Below are positions 1 to 9,370 of a DNA stretch of 64,000 nt, piece by piece. The DNA lies in IMG/VR virus record IMGVR_UViG_3300048591_000242, positions 64,001 through 128,000 of that record, one strand, 5' to 3'. The DNA comes from a virus. Lineage: Duplodnaviria; Caudoviricetes. Position 1 is the stretch's first letter. Each line of letters starts with the position of its first letter. Under the pieces are notes generated by a model that made no database searches, was not told where the DNA came from, and was given only the letters and a program-made list of their open reading frames with translations. The position numbers and the translations under genes were made by a program.

Positions 1-1278
1 GATTCACGTGCCATTATCGCTACATTAATGTATGATGCCGAGGGTATGGTTCAGGTGTTAACACCTAAAGGCTATATGCTTGACATAGAGGCGATAGAAG
101 AGAGTACTGGTAGGAAACTACGGGCGGTGTCGAGGAGTGAAGTGGAGAGAATTTTAGGGTCGCATGGAATATCTACTATACCGGGTATCCCTGGTGTTTT
201 TGGTATCACTACATTAGTGGATTTTCAGGTAGCAGCTATGCGCATAGTCTGTGTAGAGTCTGGTTACACTGGAAAGATGATTGGTTTTGATGGACATAAG
301 TATCTACGGTTAATTGAGAACCTAACCGAAGGTGGTTACTCTATGCCCTTAGATGAAATAGAGCCTATAAATCCAAGGGGTGCATCCGATGAAATAAACG
401 ATGCGGTGTCTCGTTTGACGGGTAATCAGGTTAAGGCTACGTTAGAAGATACTTTGGATATACCACCGCTACCTGAGTCGGCTAGAAAGCTACTTAAGCT
501 TAGTTCTGACCCAGAGGCAGGTGTAGTAGATTTGTGCTCTATTGTAGAGTTAGATCCTAGTCTATCTGCGCAGTTAATTAGCTGGGCATCGTCCTCTTTC
601 TATTCGGCTCCAGGTAAAGTAAAGTCACTACAGGACGCTATCTCTAGGGTATTGGGCTATGACATAGCTATGAACCTGTCTATAGGCTTGTCCATGGAAA
701 AGGTACTGAATGTACCGGAAGAGCATCCAGATAACAAATCACCATACTGGCACCAGGCTATTTGGACAGCCGCTGCTATGTCGGTAGTAGTTAAGCTAAT
801 ACCACCAGCACATAGACCTAGCCCAGGTATGGCTTATTTAGCTGGACTATTGCATAACTTCGGTAGTCTCATAATGGCACATGTATTTCCGAACCAATAC
901 TCCATGGTTTGTAGATTAATAGAAGCTAACCCTCACATAGAGCACTCTGTGCTAGAAGGATATATTCTAGATCTAACCAGAGAGCAATTGGGTAGTACTT
1001 TGTTGGAGATCTGGGCTATGCCTGAGGACATAACTAATGCGATACGTTATCAGAGATGCCCCAATCAATTAACTGCCGGTAATGCCATGGCTAAGTTACT
1101 ATACGTAACCAAGGCTGTTTTACATGAATATGGCGCAGTTGTGGATACGCACGTAACCATACCTGAGTCTTATTATGAAGACCTCAGACTAGATCCAATG
1201 TCGGTACAGGAAGCCATTGAAAATATGGTTGAGTCTGGGGAAGAAATAAAGAATATGATTGAGGCCATGTCACAATAA
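1..1278 (+). CDS. HDOD-domain protein with N-terminal YbaK/aminoacyl-tRNA-deacylase-like domain (5' truncated by window)
   Basis: The frame is open from base 1. HDOD hallmarks: 'IPPLPESARKLL', 'IVELDPSLSAQLISWASSSFY', 'SLQDAISRVLG', 'AYLAGLLHNFG'. The N-terminal part resembles the YbaK-HDOD fusions of gammaproteobacteria. Confidence 0.85.
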   Translation, partial: DSRAIIATLMYDAEGMVQVLTPKGYMLDIEAIEESTGRKLRAVSRSEVERILGSHGISTIPGIPGVFGITTLVDFQVAAMRIVCVESGYTGKMIGFDGHKYLRLIENLTEGGYSMPLDEIEPINPRGASDEINDAVSRLTGNQVKATLEDTLDIPPLPESARKLLKLSSDPEAGVVDLCSIVELDPSLSAQLISWASSSFYSAPGKVKSLQDAISRVLGYDIAMNLSIGLSMEKVLNVPEEHPDNKSPYWHQAIWTAAAMSVVVKLIPPAHRPSPGMAYLAGLLHNFGSLIMAHVFPNQYSMVCRLIEANPHIEHSVLEGYILDLTREQLGSTLLEIWAMPEDITNAIRYQRCPNQLTAGNAMAKLLYVTKAVLHEYGAVVDTHVTIPESYYEDLRLDPMSVQEAIENMVESGEEIKNMIEAMSQ

Positions 1279-1285
1279 GAACGTG

Positions 1286-1308
1286 TGCAGGGGCTTTATG
1301 TCCCTGCA
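1286..1308 (+). terminator. stem-loop after HDOD gene
   Basis: TGCAGGG/CCCTGCA inverted repeat just after the stop codon. Confidence 0.5.
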
Positions 1309-1340
1309 TCAAACAACCACAACTATAAGGAATACCTGTA

Positions 1341-2030
1341 ATGTTAGAATTAAGACCACTACAAAGCCAAGAGGAGCTAGATATAGCCCTTTCTGAGAAT
1401 AGGGTACACCTAGTATGGACTAACGTTTATATAGCCGGAGAGAGGCACTGTGTGGTCTCTGTGGACGACCACTACCATAGCAGCGGCGGTGGGTTTGGAG
1501 ATAATAAATATTACGCATACCCTGCAAACGTAGACGGGGCTAGAACAGACTTTAACGAGTACTGTGAATTTGGTGGACATGTCCTATGTTGGGGTATAAA
1601 AACAGAGATGATAAATACCCACAAAACTAAGTGGGGCAGTACTAGAATAGACAGGCGTTATGAAACATACATTACATTAAATGGCGAAGAGTTTTTGCTA
1701 GTTAGTGGTAGTATGGAATATGCCTTACCTAAGGCGCAACAACTTATAATTGAGTTGTCTGAGGGTATTATAGACTTTACTAAGGTTAATTGGAAGACCG
1801 ACCTAATAGGCATGAAGGTCTACTACAGGGATCAACCTGCTATTATTACAGCAGTGGGTAGTGATCTGAATTTAACCATGGCACCAGACGGTATAAATCA
1901 ATTTAATATGCCTGCCTGGATGGCAGAGGAGTCAGATAACGACGACGGTATGGATGTAAGTGATTGGGATGGTAGTGAGGCCGTAGTTAGTTACTTTAGT
2001 GACAACATTACCTGGTTTAGAAATAAATAA
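1341..2030 (+). CDS. hypothetical phage protein
   Basis: 229 aa ORF with RBS (AAGGA); no recognised motif. Confidence 0.7.
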   Translation: MLELRPLQSQEELDIALSENRVHLVWTNVYIAGERHCVVSVDDHYHSSGGGFGDNKYYAYPANVDGARTDFNEYCEFGGHVLCWGIKTEMINTHKTKWGSTRIDRRYETYITLNGEEFLLVSGSMEYALPKAQQLIIELSEGIIDFTKVNWKTDLIGMKVYYRDQPAIITAVGSDLNLTMAPDGINQFNMPAWMAEESDNDDGMDVSDWDGSEAVVSYFSDNITWFRNK

Positions 2031-2087
2031 CCTGGGTGTGGGGTAACTACCCCATAGCTCTATAAATAGGCGTTGGGGTGGTTAGAT

Positions 2088-2468
2088 ATGAAATATGCAT
2101 TAATAGTGGTGATAGTTTTAGCTGCTTTATCTGGTGGTTTAAATAAATATCTTTATGATGAGATTGCTAGGCTAAATGCTAATGTAGCTGAAGTAAAACA
2201 GGCTAACAAAATCTATACAGTACAAATAGCTGAGCTAAAGGCTGCTGTGGCTTCAGAGAACGAGAAGTTTAACACTCTGTATGTAAAGCAGTTAAAGATG
2301 GGGGTAGACTTAGAAAACACAAAGTCTAAACTAGCTGAGTACAAGCATAGAGAAACGGTAGTACTTAGAAAACCAGGTTTAGTGCAAATAAAAGCTAATA
2401 AAGCTACCAAACAACTGTTTAATGAAATTAGCTGCGTTACTGGGGATTGTCCTAAGGAGGAGAAATGA
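2088..2468 (+). CDS. putative i-spanin (Rz-like)
   Basis: N-terminal TM helix, long coiled coil, C-terminal cysteines; ATGA overlap with the downstream lipoprotein gene. Confidence 0.65.
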   Translation: MKYALIVVIVLAALSGGLNKYLYDEIARLNANVAEVKQANKIYTVQIAELKAAVASENEKFNTLYVKQLKMGVDLENTKSKLAEYKHRETVVLRKPGLVQIKANKATKQLFNEISCVTGDCPKEEK

Positions 2469-2815
2469 AAATTCTATTAATAATGTCAATATTGTTTTTG
2501 ACAGCTTGCTCCTCTATGAAAGTACAGCCACCCATTGTAGTAGCAGAAACTATAGAGGTAGAAAAATACCACCCTCCGTTTCCTAAACCTATGGTTACAG
2601 CAGACATAGAGTTTGTGGTACTTACTTCTGATACTGTTCAGAAACTACGACCCGATTATGTTTATATGGGTCTTAGCTGGGAAGACTATTTAACATTCGC
2701 CAGATACATGCAGGATATAAAACACAAGCTATCTGAATACGTAAACCTGGTTTGTTATTATCGAGATCCAGGTGATGATGAATTATGTGTTAAGTCTTCA
2801 GAGACATTACCCTAA
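2465..2815 (+). CDS. putative o-spanin (Rz1-like lipoprotein)
   Basis: Signal peptide with lipobox LTAC, Pro-rich segment, C-terminal cysteines; coupled to the upstream TM/coiled-coil gene. Confidence 0.65.
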   Translation: MKILLIMSILFLTACSSMKVQPPIVVAETIEVEKYHPPFPKPMVTADIEFVVLTSDTVQKLRPDYVYMGLSWEDYLTFARYMQDIKHKLSEYVNLVCYYRDPGDDELCVKSSETLP

Positions 2816-2823
2816 CAGTTGCC

Positions 2824-2862
2824 CTACAGACATCCTTAACGGGGTGTCTGTAGCGTATGCTG
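2824..2862 (+). terminator. hairpin + TATGCTG element
   Basis: CTACAGACATCC/GGGTGTCTGTAG stem, TATGCTG at 2856-2862. Confidence 0.65.
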
Positions 2863-2873
2863 TATTTTTAAAA

Positions 2874-2883
2874 TATATATTAC
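2874..2883 (+). promoter_or_regulatory. putative early promoter TATATATTAC
   Basis: Recurrent intergenic motif that matches the phiKZ early-promoter core TATATTAC. Confidence 0.6.
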
Positions 2884-2913
2884 CATAACAGACAAGACTT
2901 GTAGGAGAGTGTT

Positions 2914-3312
2914 ATGGTAGCAAATATAGGTATAAACGTACACATAGGTAAGTTCAAAAAGGCTATAGCAGATAAGGTATTAGATTATAAAGACGCTATT
3001 TATTTAGGCTTTATAGATATTCTAGTATGTACATACTCTGAAGAATCCATGAAAGAAATACCAGTATATCCCTTGGATAGAAGTCATAGTCCGTTAGCTG
3101 TTTTACTGGACATTGAGTTAGAGGCATTAAACGCAGGTATGGCCCCTAGAATGGCTAAGAACGTAAGTTCTCTATTTAGGCTATTTATGGACTCCTGTAC
3201 CGAGTCTCCTCCTAGGACAGTGAGTTATAGTTGTACTAGAGGCAGCGACGGTACATTACTTATTTATACCAAACTAAATGGAATCTACGTTTCTTTTAAA
3301 TTCTCATATTAA
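2914..3312 (+). CDS. hypothetical protein
   Basis: ORF with RBS AGGAG, downstream of the promoter motif. Confidence 0.7.
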   Translation: MVANIGINVHIGKFKKAIADKVLDYKDAIYLGFIDILVCTYSEESMKEIPVYPLDRSHSPLAVLLDIELEALNAGMAPRMAKNVSSLFRLFMDSCTESPPRTVSYSCTRGSDGTLLIYTKLNGIYVSFKFSY

Positions 3313-3328
3313 CCACAGGGGTATTTGT

Positions 3329-3721
3329 ATGTCTAGGGCGGTGCTTAAGGTAATTATGCGTGAACTAAAGGAGAACATCATAAAAGGAGAAGAGGCAAAG
3401 GAAAAGGAATATCTTTTAAATGAAATAGATCTGTGGCTTTCCACTATAACTGAAGATAACCTTAACAAAGAATTAAATAGTAAGGTTCGTTATATAAAGG
3501 ATATATCCAACCTTACCACCACCATAAAAACCGAATTTGAATCTGTCGATATAGACAAGGATGTGGCTGATAAAGCTTCCTGGTATGTAGATCAGTTATT
3601 AACCTTAATGCTATTGCATGCGGACGTTATCGGCTACAGCATAGTCAGTAGTATCAGATATAAGTCGGTTACGTTACGTATACTTACCGATAAATTCGTT
3701 GTAGTGCTTAGGTTTATCTAG
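3329..3721 (+). CDS. hypothetical protein
   Basis: Track ORF 3278-3721; likely start at MSRAVLK after a GGGG RBS. Confidence 0.6.
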   Translation: MSRAVLKVIMRELKENIIKGEEAKEKEYLLNEIDLWLSTITEDNLNKELNSKVRYIKDISNLTTTIKTEFESVDIDKDVADKASWYVDQLLTLMLLHADVIGYSIVSSIRYKSVTLRILTDKFVVVLRFI

Positions 3722-3791
3722 TATGAGGGAAGGGTCAAAAATAACAAACTTTGGTTATAGTTTGCTACATTAATCGTTAAGAGGAGGTTAA

Positions 3792-4028
3792 GTGAAATCA
3801 CTAATCGGGTTCTCTAAAAAGATATTGTCCAATCATGTATGGACAGTTTTTTTAATATCTTTAGTTTTATTTATCTACAGCGCTATCACTACGATAGCGG
3901 CGGTAACTATGTACTCTAAACTGGATGCACTTAGCTTAGAGAAGGAGAACATAGTCTCTTTAAAAGAGGAATTAGAGGTATGTTACAACAACGAATACAG
4001 TAAACTTCTAACCACATTAAAAGAATAA
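3792..4028 (+). CDS. membrane protein with C-terminal coiled coil (possible i-spanin-like)
   Basis: GAGGAGG RBS, GTG start, TM helix followed by a heptad-like segment. Confidence 0.55.
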   Translation: MKSLIGFSKKILSNHVWTVFLISLVLFIYSAITTIAAVTMYSKLDALSLEKENIVSLKEELEVCYNNEYSKLLTTLKE

Positions 4029-4043
4029 ACGGGTATAGTAATC

Positions 4044-4442
4044 GTGAAAAAAACAATACTAGCTGCTTTACTGGTAACTACAACTACCAGTTGCAGCGTC
4101 ATAAGGGTAGAGCCAGAGCCCTTACTTAGTCCACAGCCAATAAATATCTCAATAACCTTACAGATCGAAGAGGCAGATCGTCCGGTAGTTCAAGCAGCAT
4201 CAGATCCACCAGCAGTAATGGAAAAGATAGTAACCAAAATAGAGTATGTATCTAAACCGGTGTGTACACACCTTAAAGATATATACTCCCTAGAGCCATT
4301 TACATTAGAAGAAATCTCTTTAAATGGTGAAGCGGATAGATTGCGTTATCTTAAGTTACTTATAGATAGGGTAAATCTAGTGGATGGTATTATTGCAGGG
4401 GCTAATAACAATGTCGAGTGCAGAAAGCAGTTACAAAAATAA
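4044..4442 (+). CDS. putative lipoprotein (possible second o-spanin-like)
   Basis: MKK + hydrophobic stretch + TTSC lipobox-like signal, Pro-rich N-terminus. Confidence 0.55.
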   Translation: MKKTILAALLVTTTTSCSVIRVEPEPLLSPQPINISITLQIEEADRPVVQAASDPPAVMEKIVTKIEYVSKPVCTHLKDIYSLEPFTLEEISLNGEADRLRYLKLLIDRVNLVDGIIAGANNNVECRKQLQK

Positions 4443-6294
4443 AATAATAGTAATGGACTGGATTAATGGCACGGTTACGGAGTATGCCGATTTAGAAGAA
4501 GCTTCTAAAGGGACTGGGTTATCCCTAGAGGAAGTTAAAAATGCTTCTAGTAGAAACAAAGCTATTATTTATAGGGATTTGGTTATCTACAAGGAGGGTA
4601 CTGCCCATAGTAGAACCAATATAATTAAAGCGACTGCTAAGTTAAAGGAGCTTCCTATAGAAAGATCTTTGGTCTATCAGCAGGAAGGTTCCAGTAAGTG
4701 GTATATAAAACCACTTAAAGACATAGCTAGATGTGTAGAGGTAGATCCTACACAACTAATGAAGAAAGTAAAAGAGGTTTCCCCTAAACCGCTATCTGGC
4801 AAATATATACGGGAAATTTGGGAAGTCGACTTAACTGAAACAGAGGCTATATTAGTGGGTAAATGTGATCACGGTGGGATGGATTTATCGGAAAAAGATT
4901 CGGTGTTTCAGAATACCCTAAACAATACTCCTTTACCGGGAGAAGTAGCTTCTGAAATTACTTTCTATGTAGACGGTTCTACCGCCCCTACTAACCCTGG
5001 CCCATCAGCATTTGGGATATGGGGAGAGGATAGCAATGGCAACTTCTACAATAGTTGGGGATATGTAGGGGACATGGAGACTAATAACCGAGCAGAGATG
5101 TTTGGCTATATACGTCTACTCGAATCCGTGCTACATTACGGATGGAAAAAGGTAACTGCATTTTTTGATAGTAAGTATGTATTAGATAATGCTACTCGTA
5201 GTTTACCTAGATGGAAGAACAACGGTTGGAAGAAGGCAGATGGTGATATTATTTCCAATCGGGAGCAGTGGGAGAGAATAGCCACATTACAAGAAGCAGT
5301 TAAAGCCATGGGCATAACTGTAACTCATCGCTGGGTAAAAGGACATAGTGGTGATCCAGGTAATGAAGCTGCCGATGTAAATGCTAATAAGGGTAGAATG
5401 GCTGGCTTAGCAGGTAATACCGACCCTGTGTTTCTTATAGAAGAAGCTAAAGTAGGAGAAGAAGAAACCTCTAAGATTAAGAAAGTTAAGATACCGCCTT
5501 GCAATAAACTTATTAATGGTAAGCGACTTATCTTTACTACCAAGACACCGCCTTGTACCGCAGATGGCAGATTCATATACCTTGTAAACTCATTTGAGGG
5601 AGGTGTAGAAAAGACCGGTAGATTTATAGGTAAGCCTGCCAGCGATAACATGTATGGCGTAGTACTTACTAAGGAACCTATCCCACAGCTACAAGCTATT
5701 ATTTCTTATCAGAACAAAATTACTCCTGGAGACTTTGTACAACCAGTAGTAGGTATTCTAGATAGAATAGTAAGACCAGCTAACTGGGAGATGCTTACTA
5801 CTTATGGCAATACCCATTTATGTCATAACCGATTAAACATAACCACCGTAGATAAGGAGCCACTTACTCTATATCAAAGACCCGCTAGATTAGCCTATGA
5901 TGCTATAAACATTCTATCAGTTATGCTAGATAGATTAGAGCGATTTATGTCTAACGTCAAATATCAGTCTGAGGATTACGTAGATATAACCGATAGCATA
6001 TATACCGTTAGCGGTAAGAAGATATCTTTACTAAATACCATAGGTAGTGGATCTAAGTCTATAAACATAGATCTAGACTATCGCGGTAAGAAGTTAACTT
6101 TAGCGTTATCTTTGGGTATAGATTTACCTGATAGAAATAGCTTAAGTGGTATAGCTAAACAGAATAAGGAAATTACTGTAAGCTTACTTAGATATGACTC
6201 TGGCGCTGCCGGTTTCAGATATGCAGTGGCATTTAAAACAGAAAACGATTACGCTCTATATAGTACGTCAATGGCTAACATCAAGGCAGTATAA
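4411..6294 (+). CDS. rnhA: ribonuclease HI (phiKZ gp155-like) with N-terminal extension
   Basis: RNase H motifs 'FYVDGS', 'TNNRAEM', 'FFDSKYV', 'WKNNGWKKADG..ISNREQW', 'WVKGHSGDPGNEAAD'; the start position is uncertain. Confidence 0.9.
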   Translation: MSSAESSYKNKIIVMDWINGTVTEYADLEEASKGTGLSLEEVKNASSRNKAIIYRDLVIYKEGTAHSRTNIIKATAKLKELPIERSLVYQQEGSSKWYIKPLKDIARCVEVDPTQLMKKVKEVSPKPLSGKYIREIWEVDLTETEAILVGKCDHGGMDLSEKDSVFQNTLNNTPLPGEVASEITFYVDGSTAPTNPGPSAFGIWGEDSNGNFYNSWGYVGDMETNNRAEMFGYIRLLESVLHYGWKKVTAFFDSKYVLDNATRSLPRWKNNGWKKADGDIISNREQWERIATLQEAVKAMGITVTHRWVKGHSGDPGNEAADVNANKGRMAGLAGNTDPVFLIEEAKVGEEETSKIKKVKIPPCNKLINGKRLIFTTKTPPCTADGRFIYLVNSFEGGVEKTGRFIGKPASDNMYGVVLTKEPIPQLQAIISYQNKITPGDFVQPVVGILDRIVRPANWEMLTTYGNTHLCHNRLNITTVDKEPLTLYQRPARLAYDAINILSVMLDRLERFMSNVKYQSEDYVDITDSIYTVSGKKISLLNTIGSGSKSINIDLDYRGKKLTLALSLGIDLPDRNSLSGIAKQNKEITVSLLRYDSGAAGFRYAVAFKTENDYALYSTSMANIKAV

Positions 6295-6302
6295 AAGCCT
6301 TG

Positions 6303-6342
6303 TATACACCGTGTCAAAAGACACGGTGTATAGTTTATGCTG
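6303..6342 (+). terminator. hairpin + TATGCTG element
   Basis: 13-bp perfect stem TATACACCGTGTC/GACACGGTGTATA, TATGCTG at 6336-6342. Confidence 0.7.
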
Positions 6343-6384
6343 CAATAGTGTGTCAGGGGGTTAATTCGATAGGAGCATAACAAG

Positions 6385-6828
6385 ATGGTACTGACTAAAA
6401 AAGAAGCTATAGACAGGCTTTCCAATAAAAATAATTTTACCGTATCCGTATTAGCAGACACACCCTACGGATCTAAAATAATTTGTCCGATTACAAGTGG
6501 TATATTGGTTAAAGCCAATATACAGCACGATGAAAATCTAATAGTAGGCTCCGTAGTGCAAGTCCCTACCGGTATAGTACTTATTCCTAATACTGGTAAT
6601 ATACGTGACCTAGAGACTCTTAGCTTGGTTATGGATTATACTAAGGCAGATGTAATAAGAAACTGTGGGATAAAATCCAGGGCTGCTCATCTCAGTAACA
6701 CAGGTGAGATAATTGTAACTGTGGAGTTCGTAGGAGAGTTTGCTGCTACTCTAAAATACGGTACCTCTTTAGGTAGGTGCCTGGTTACTGATACGGTTAG
6801 GTATATACCGGAGATGAATGTTGGATAG
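6385..6828 (+). CDS. degenerate dUTPase-like protein
   Basis: 'VQVPTGIVL', 'IKSRAAH', 'NTGEIIV' and 'LKYGTSLGRCLV' echo trimeric dUTPase motifs, but canonical residues are missing. Confidence 0.45.
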   Translation: MVLTKKEAIDRLSNKNNFTVSVLADTPYGSKIICPITSGILVKANIQHDENLIVGSVVQVPTGIVLIPNTGNIRDLETLSLVMDYTKADVIRNCGIKSRAAHLSNTGEIIVTVEFVGEFAATLKYGTSLGRCLVTDTVRYIPEMNVG

Positions 6829-6831
6829 AAT

Positions 6832-6875
6832 GCATATGTACACTGGTATCCCACTAGGGATACCAGTGTATGCTG
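6832..6875. terminator. bidirectional hairpin element between convergent genes
   Basis: 14-bp stem TACACTGGTATCCC/GGGATACCAGTGTA flanked by GCATA and TATGCTG. Confidence 0.75.
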
Positions 6876-6886
6876 TATTTCTTTTT

Positions 6887-7735
6887 TTATTTTAAATCAG
6901 CCAGTAGTTTATCTACACTATCATTGAATGCGGTTTGCAGCGTAATGTAGTTAAAGTTAGCTATGGATAACAACTCTAGCTCGTTGGCTATAGCAGTTAC
7001 AGTCTCGGCTAGCTGTTTTATGGTGTGTTTGTTTTGCGTAACTATTTCAGGGTGTTCCTGAGCTGTCTTTACATAGAGGTTTATTGCTGTCTCTAAGTCT
7101 TTTTCTGCCTGGAGTATTTTACTGTAATCTATTTTTTTAGCTACAGACTCACCCTGCTGAACAGCTATACCAGTTTTTAATACATCTTTGTTAGATACAA
7201 ATACTTCTCCGAACTTAACGGTATCTATATCTCTATTTCTATTTACTTTAGGGTCAAAGAAACTAGAGAGTACCTTTACCTCAGACTTAACGTCAATCGG
7301 TTTTAAGTTTTTATCTATCCATAGCTTGGATGAGAAGTCGTTCACGCTAACCGCTTTATTTAGATAAAGGGCCATTGGTATTAAGAGTCTTTTGTCAATA
7401 TCTGACATACGCTCCAGTAGGTCAGATAGGTACGTAGCATAGGGTAGTAGGTTATCAGTAAAACCCACTGGCTGGTACACCAGAATGTTCTCTACGGCTT
7501 TATATTCAGTTTTAGAAAGCACCTTATCTAAATCAGATACCTTCCTAGTTGTCGCAGAAATAGTACCGGATTTAGCAAAGCTGGAAATAGCTTCTACGGT
7601 TTTACCTAAACCCATTCGGCTTACAAAAGAAGACAGAAATTCCGTAAAGGTACTGAAACCTTCCATACCTAATTCTGCCATTAGTGCAGTGTGTTTAAAC
7701 TCATTACTGATAGACTGGATGTGTAGATTTTTCAT
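6887..7735 (-). CDS. virion (internal head) protein, probably processed by the prohead protease
   Basis: N-terminal S/A/G-x-E sites ('ISNE', 'GMEG') typical of processed head proteins in phiKZ-like phages. Confidence 0.55.
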   Translation of the reverse strand: MKNLHIQSISNEFKHTALMAELGMEGFSTFTEFLSSFVSRMGLGKTVEAISSFAKSGTISATTRKVSDLDKVLSKTEYKAVENILVYQPVGFTDNLLPYATYLSDLLERMSDIDKRLLIPMALYLNKAVSVNDFSSKLWIDKNLKPIDVKSEVKVLSSFFDPKVNRNRDIDTVKFGEVFVSNKDVLKTGIAVQQGESVAKKIDYSKILQAEKDLETAINLYVKTAQEHPEIVTQNKHTIKQLAETVTAIANELELLSIANFNYITLQTAFNDSVDKLLADLK

Positions 7736-7870
7736 TGTAAATAAACCTTAACGGGTATGGATTAAATTAAACTACCTAGGCAAATATTTTGACACCAGCG
7801 TAGCTTCAGTGTTATATACTATCTGAAAATACTACGCCTAAATAAACAGATATAATAAGGAAGTACTGAT

Positions 7871-9328
7871 ATGAGTTTTTTTGATTTAATGCCTAAGGCT
7901 CCCTCTATAAGACCGGCTTTATCTGTGGGCTGTTTGTTTGATATAGCCACTGGTAGCTACCATAAAGGTAAAGACGGTGAGTCTATTCTAAATGGCGGTG
8001 TGGCGGCAGTAAACTCAGTAGCTGGCCCAGGTAATACCTTTAAGTCAGAAATTACTAACTTTATGTTCTTTACTCCGTTATCCAGATACAGTTGTTCTAA
8101 GGGATTAGTCTACGATACAGAAAACTCTATGACTTATTCCCGATTAAATAGAGCAGCACATACTCAGCCTAATCTCAAAGAATTAGATATATCCGATCCA
8201 GATAATGGCAGAGTATTACTTACTCAATCCGCCGACATACTGGGCGATGAGTATTTTGAGAAAATAAAAGAAATAGCTAATGATCGTAGAAAGAACATTA
8301 ACAAGCTATTAAAGGAAACACCATTTGTAGATGATGCAGGGAAATACATCAAGATAATTGAACCGTTAATGGTGGTTATTGACTCGCTATCAGAGCTTAA
8401 GGTTAAGTCCGTACAGGAGAAGCTGGTTGATAAGAACGCAGTAGGTGAGTCAGGAGCTAATACGCAGTTCATGAAGGACGGCGCCGCTAAAACACAGATG
8501 ATTACTCAGATGCCTAATTTAGCTACCAAGTCGGGTATTTATTTTCATCAAGTAGCGCACATAGGCATGCCGATTGTAATGGATGAGTATGCTCCTAAAG
8601 CACCCAAGCTATCGCACTCTAAGCGCGGTACTAAAACCAAAGGTGTACCTGAGAAATTTGACTTTATCAACAATAACTTATTTGAAATATTTGCAGCTAG
8701 CTTCGCTATGAATAAATCAGATAAAGCCGCTCTATACCCTAAAAGAAATGCCGATAGAGATGCAGAGAACAAAGACCTTATGGTTTTGTATATCGTAAAT
8801 ACCAGAAACAAAGGTGGTCCATCTGGAGTAACCTTCGAGGTATTCATCTCTCAGTCAGAAGGCCTACTGCCTAATCTAACTATGTTCCATTATCTAAAAG
8901 AATCAGGCGGATATGGTTTACACATGGCCGGTAATAATAGCTCATTTGCATCTATATTCTATCCGGATGTAAAGTTCAGTAGAACCACCGTACGAGAGAA
9001 GTTAGACAGTGATTACAAACTCACCCGTGCCATAGAAATAGCTACTCAAATGAGACAGATGGAGATGCTCTGGAGTAACATAGATCCAGATTTACATTGT
9101 CCTCCAGAAGTGCTCTATGAGGATATAAAGAAATTAGGTTATGACTGGGATGTATTACTTGGCTGTACCAGAGGCTATTGGGTATTCATAGAAGATGAAC
9201 CTAAGGTGAGATATCATTTATCTACTATGGACTTACTAAACATGCGCTTAGGTAGATATAAGCCAAAGTGGTATGATGAGGCAGCTAAGAAACATAAGGA
9301 AAACAAACCACAGCGCTGGGAAAAGTAA
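7871..9328 (+). CDS. uvsX: UvsX/RecA-like recombinase (phiKZ gp152-like)
   Basis: Walker A variant 'GPGNTFKS', 'YDTE', Walker B 'VVIDSLS'; syntenic with RNase H and the gp149-like gene. Confidence 0.85.
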   Translation: MSFFDLMPKAPSIRPALSVGCLFDIATGSYHKGKDGESILNGGVAAVNSVAGPGNTFKSEITNFMFFTPLSRYSCSKGLVYDTENSMTYSRLNRAAHTQPNLKELDISDPDNGRVLLTQSADILGDEYFEKIKEIANDRRKNINKLLKETPFVDDAGKYIKIIEPLMVVIDSLSELKVKSVQEKLVDKNAVGESGANTQFMKDGAAKTQMITQMPNLATKSGIYFHQVAHIGMPIVMDEYAPKAPKLSHSKRGTKTKGVPEKFDFINNNLFEIFAASFAMNKSDKAALYPKRNADRDAENKDLMVLYIVNTRNKGGPSGVTFEVFISQSEGLLPNLTMFHYLKESGGYGLHMAGNNSSFASIFYPDVKFSRTTVREKLDSDYKLTRAIEIATQMRQMEMLWSNIDPDLHCPPEVLYEDIKKLGYDWDVLLGCTRGYWVFIEDEPKVRYHLSTMDLLNMRLGRYKPKWYDEAAKKHKENKPQRWEK

Positions 9329-9370
9329 ATCCTATACATTGACACTAAAAATCCATAGAGGTATATAGTC

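Noticed and set aside
8019-8050. Non-canonical Walker A (GPGNTFKS) in the recombinase
   Set aside because: To my recollection this variant is normal for phiKZ-family UvsX proteins, so it is not evidence of inactivation.
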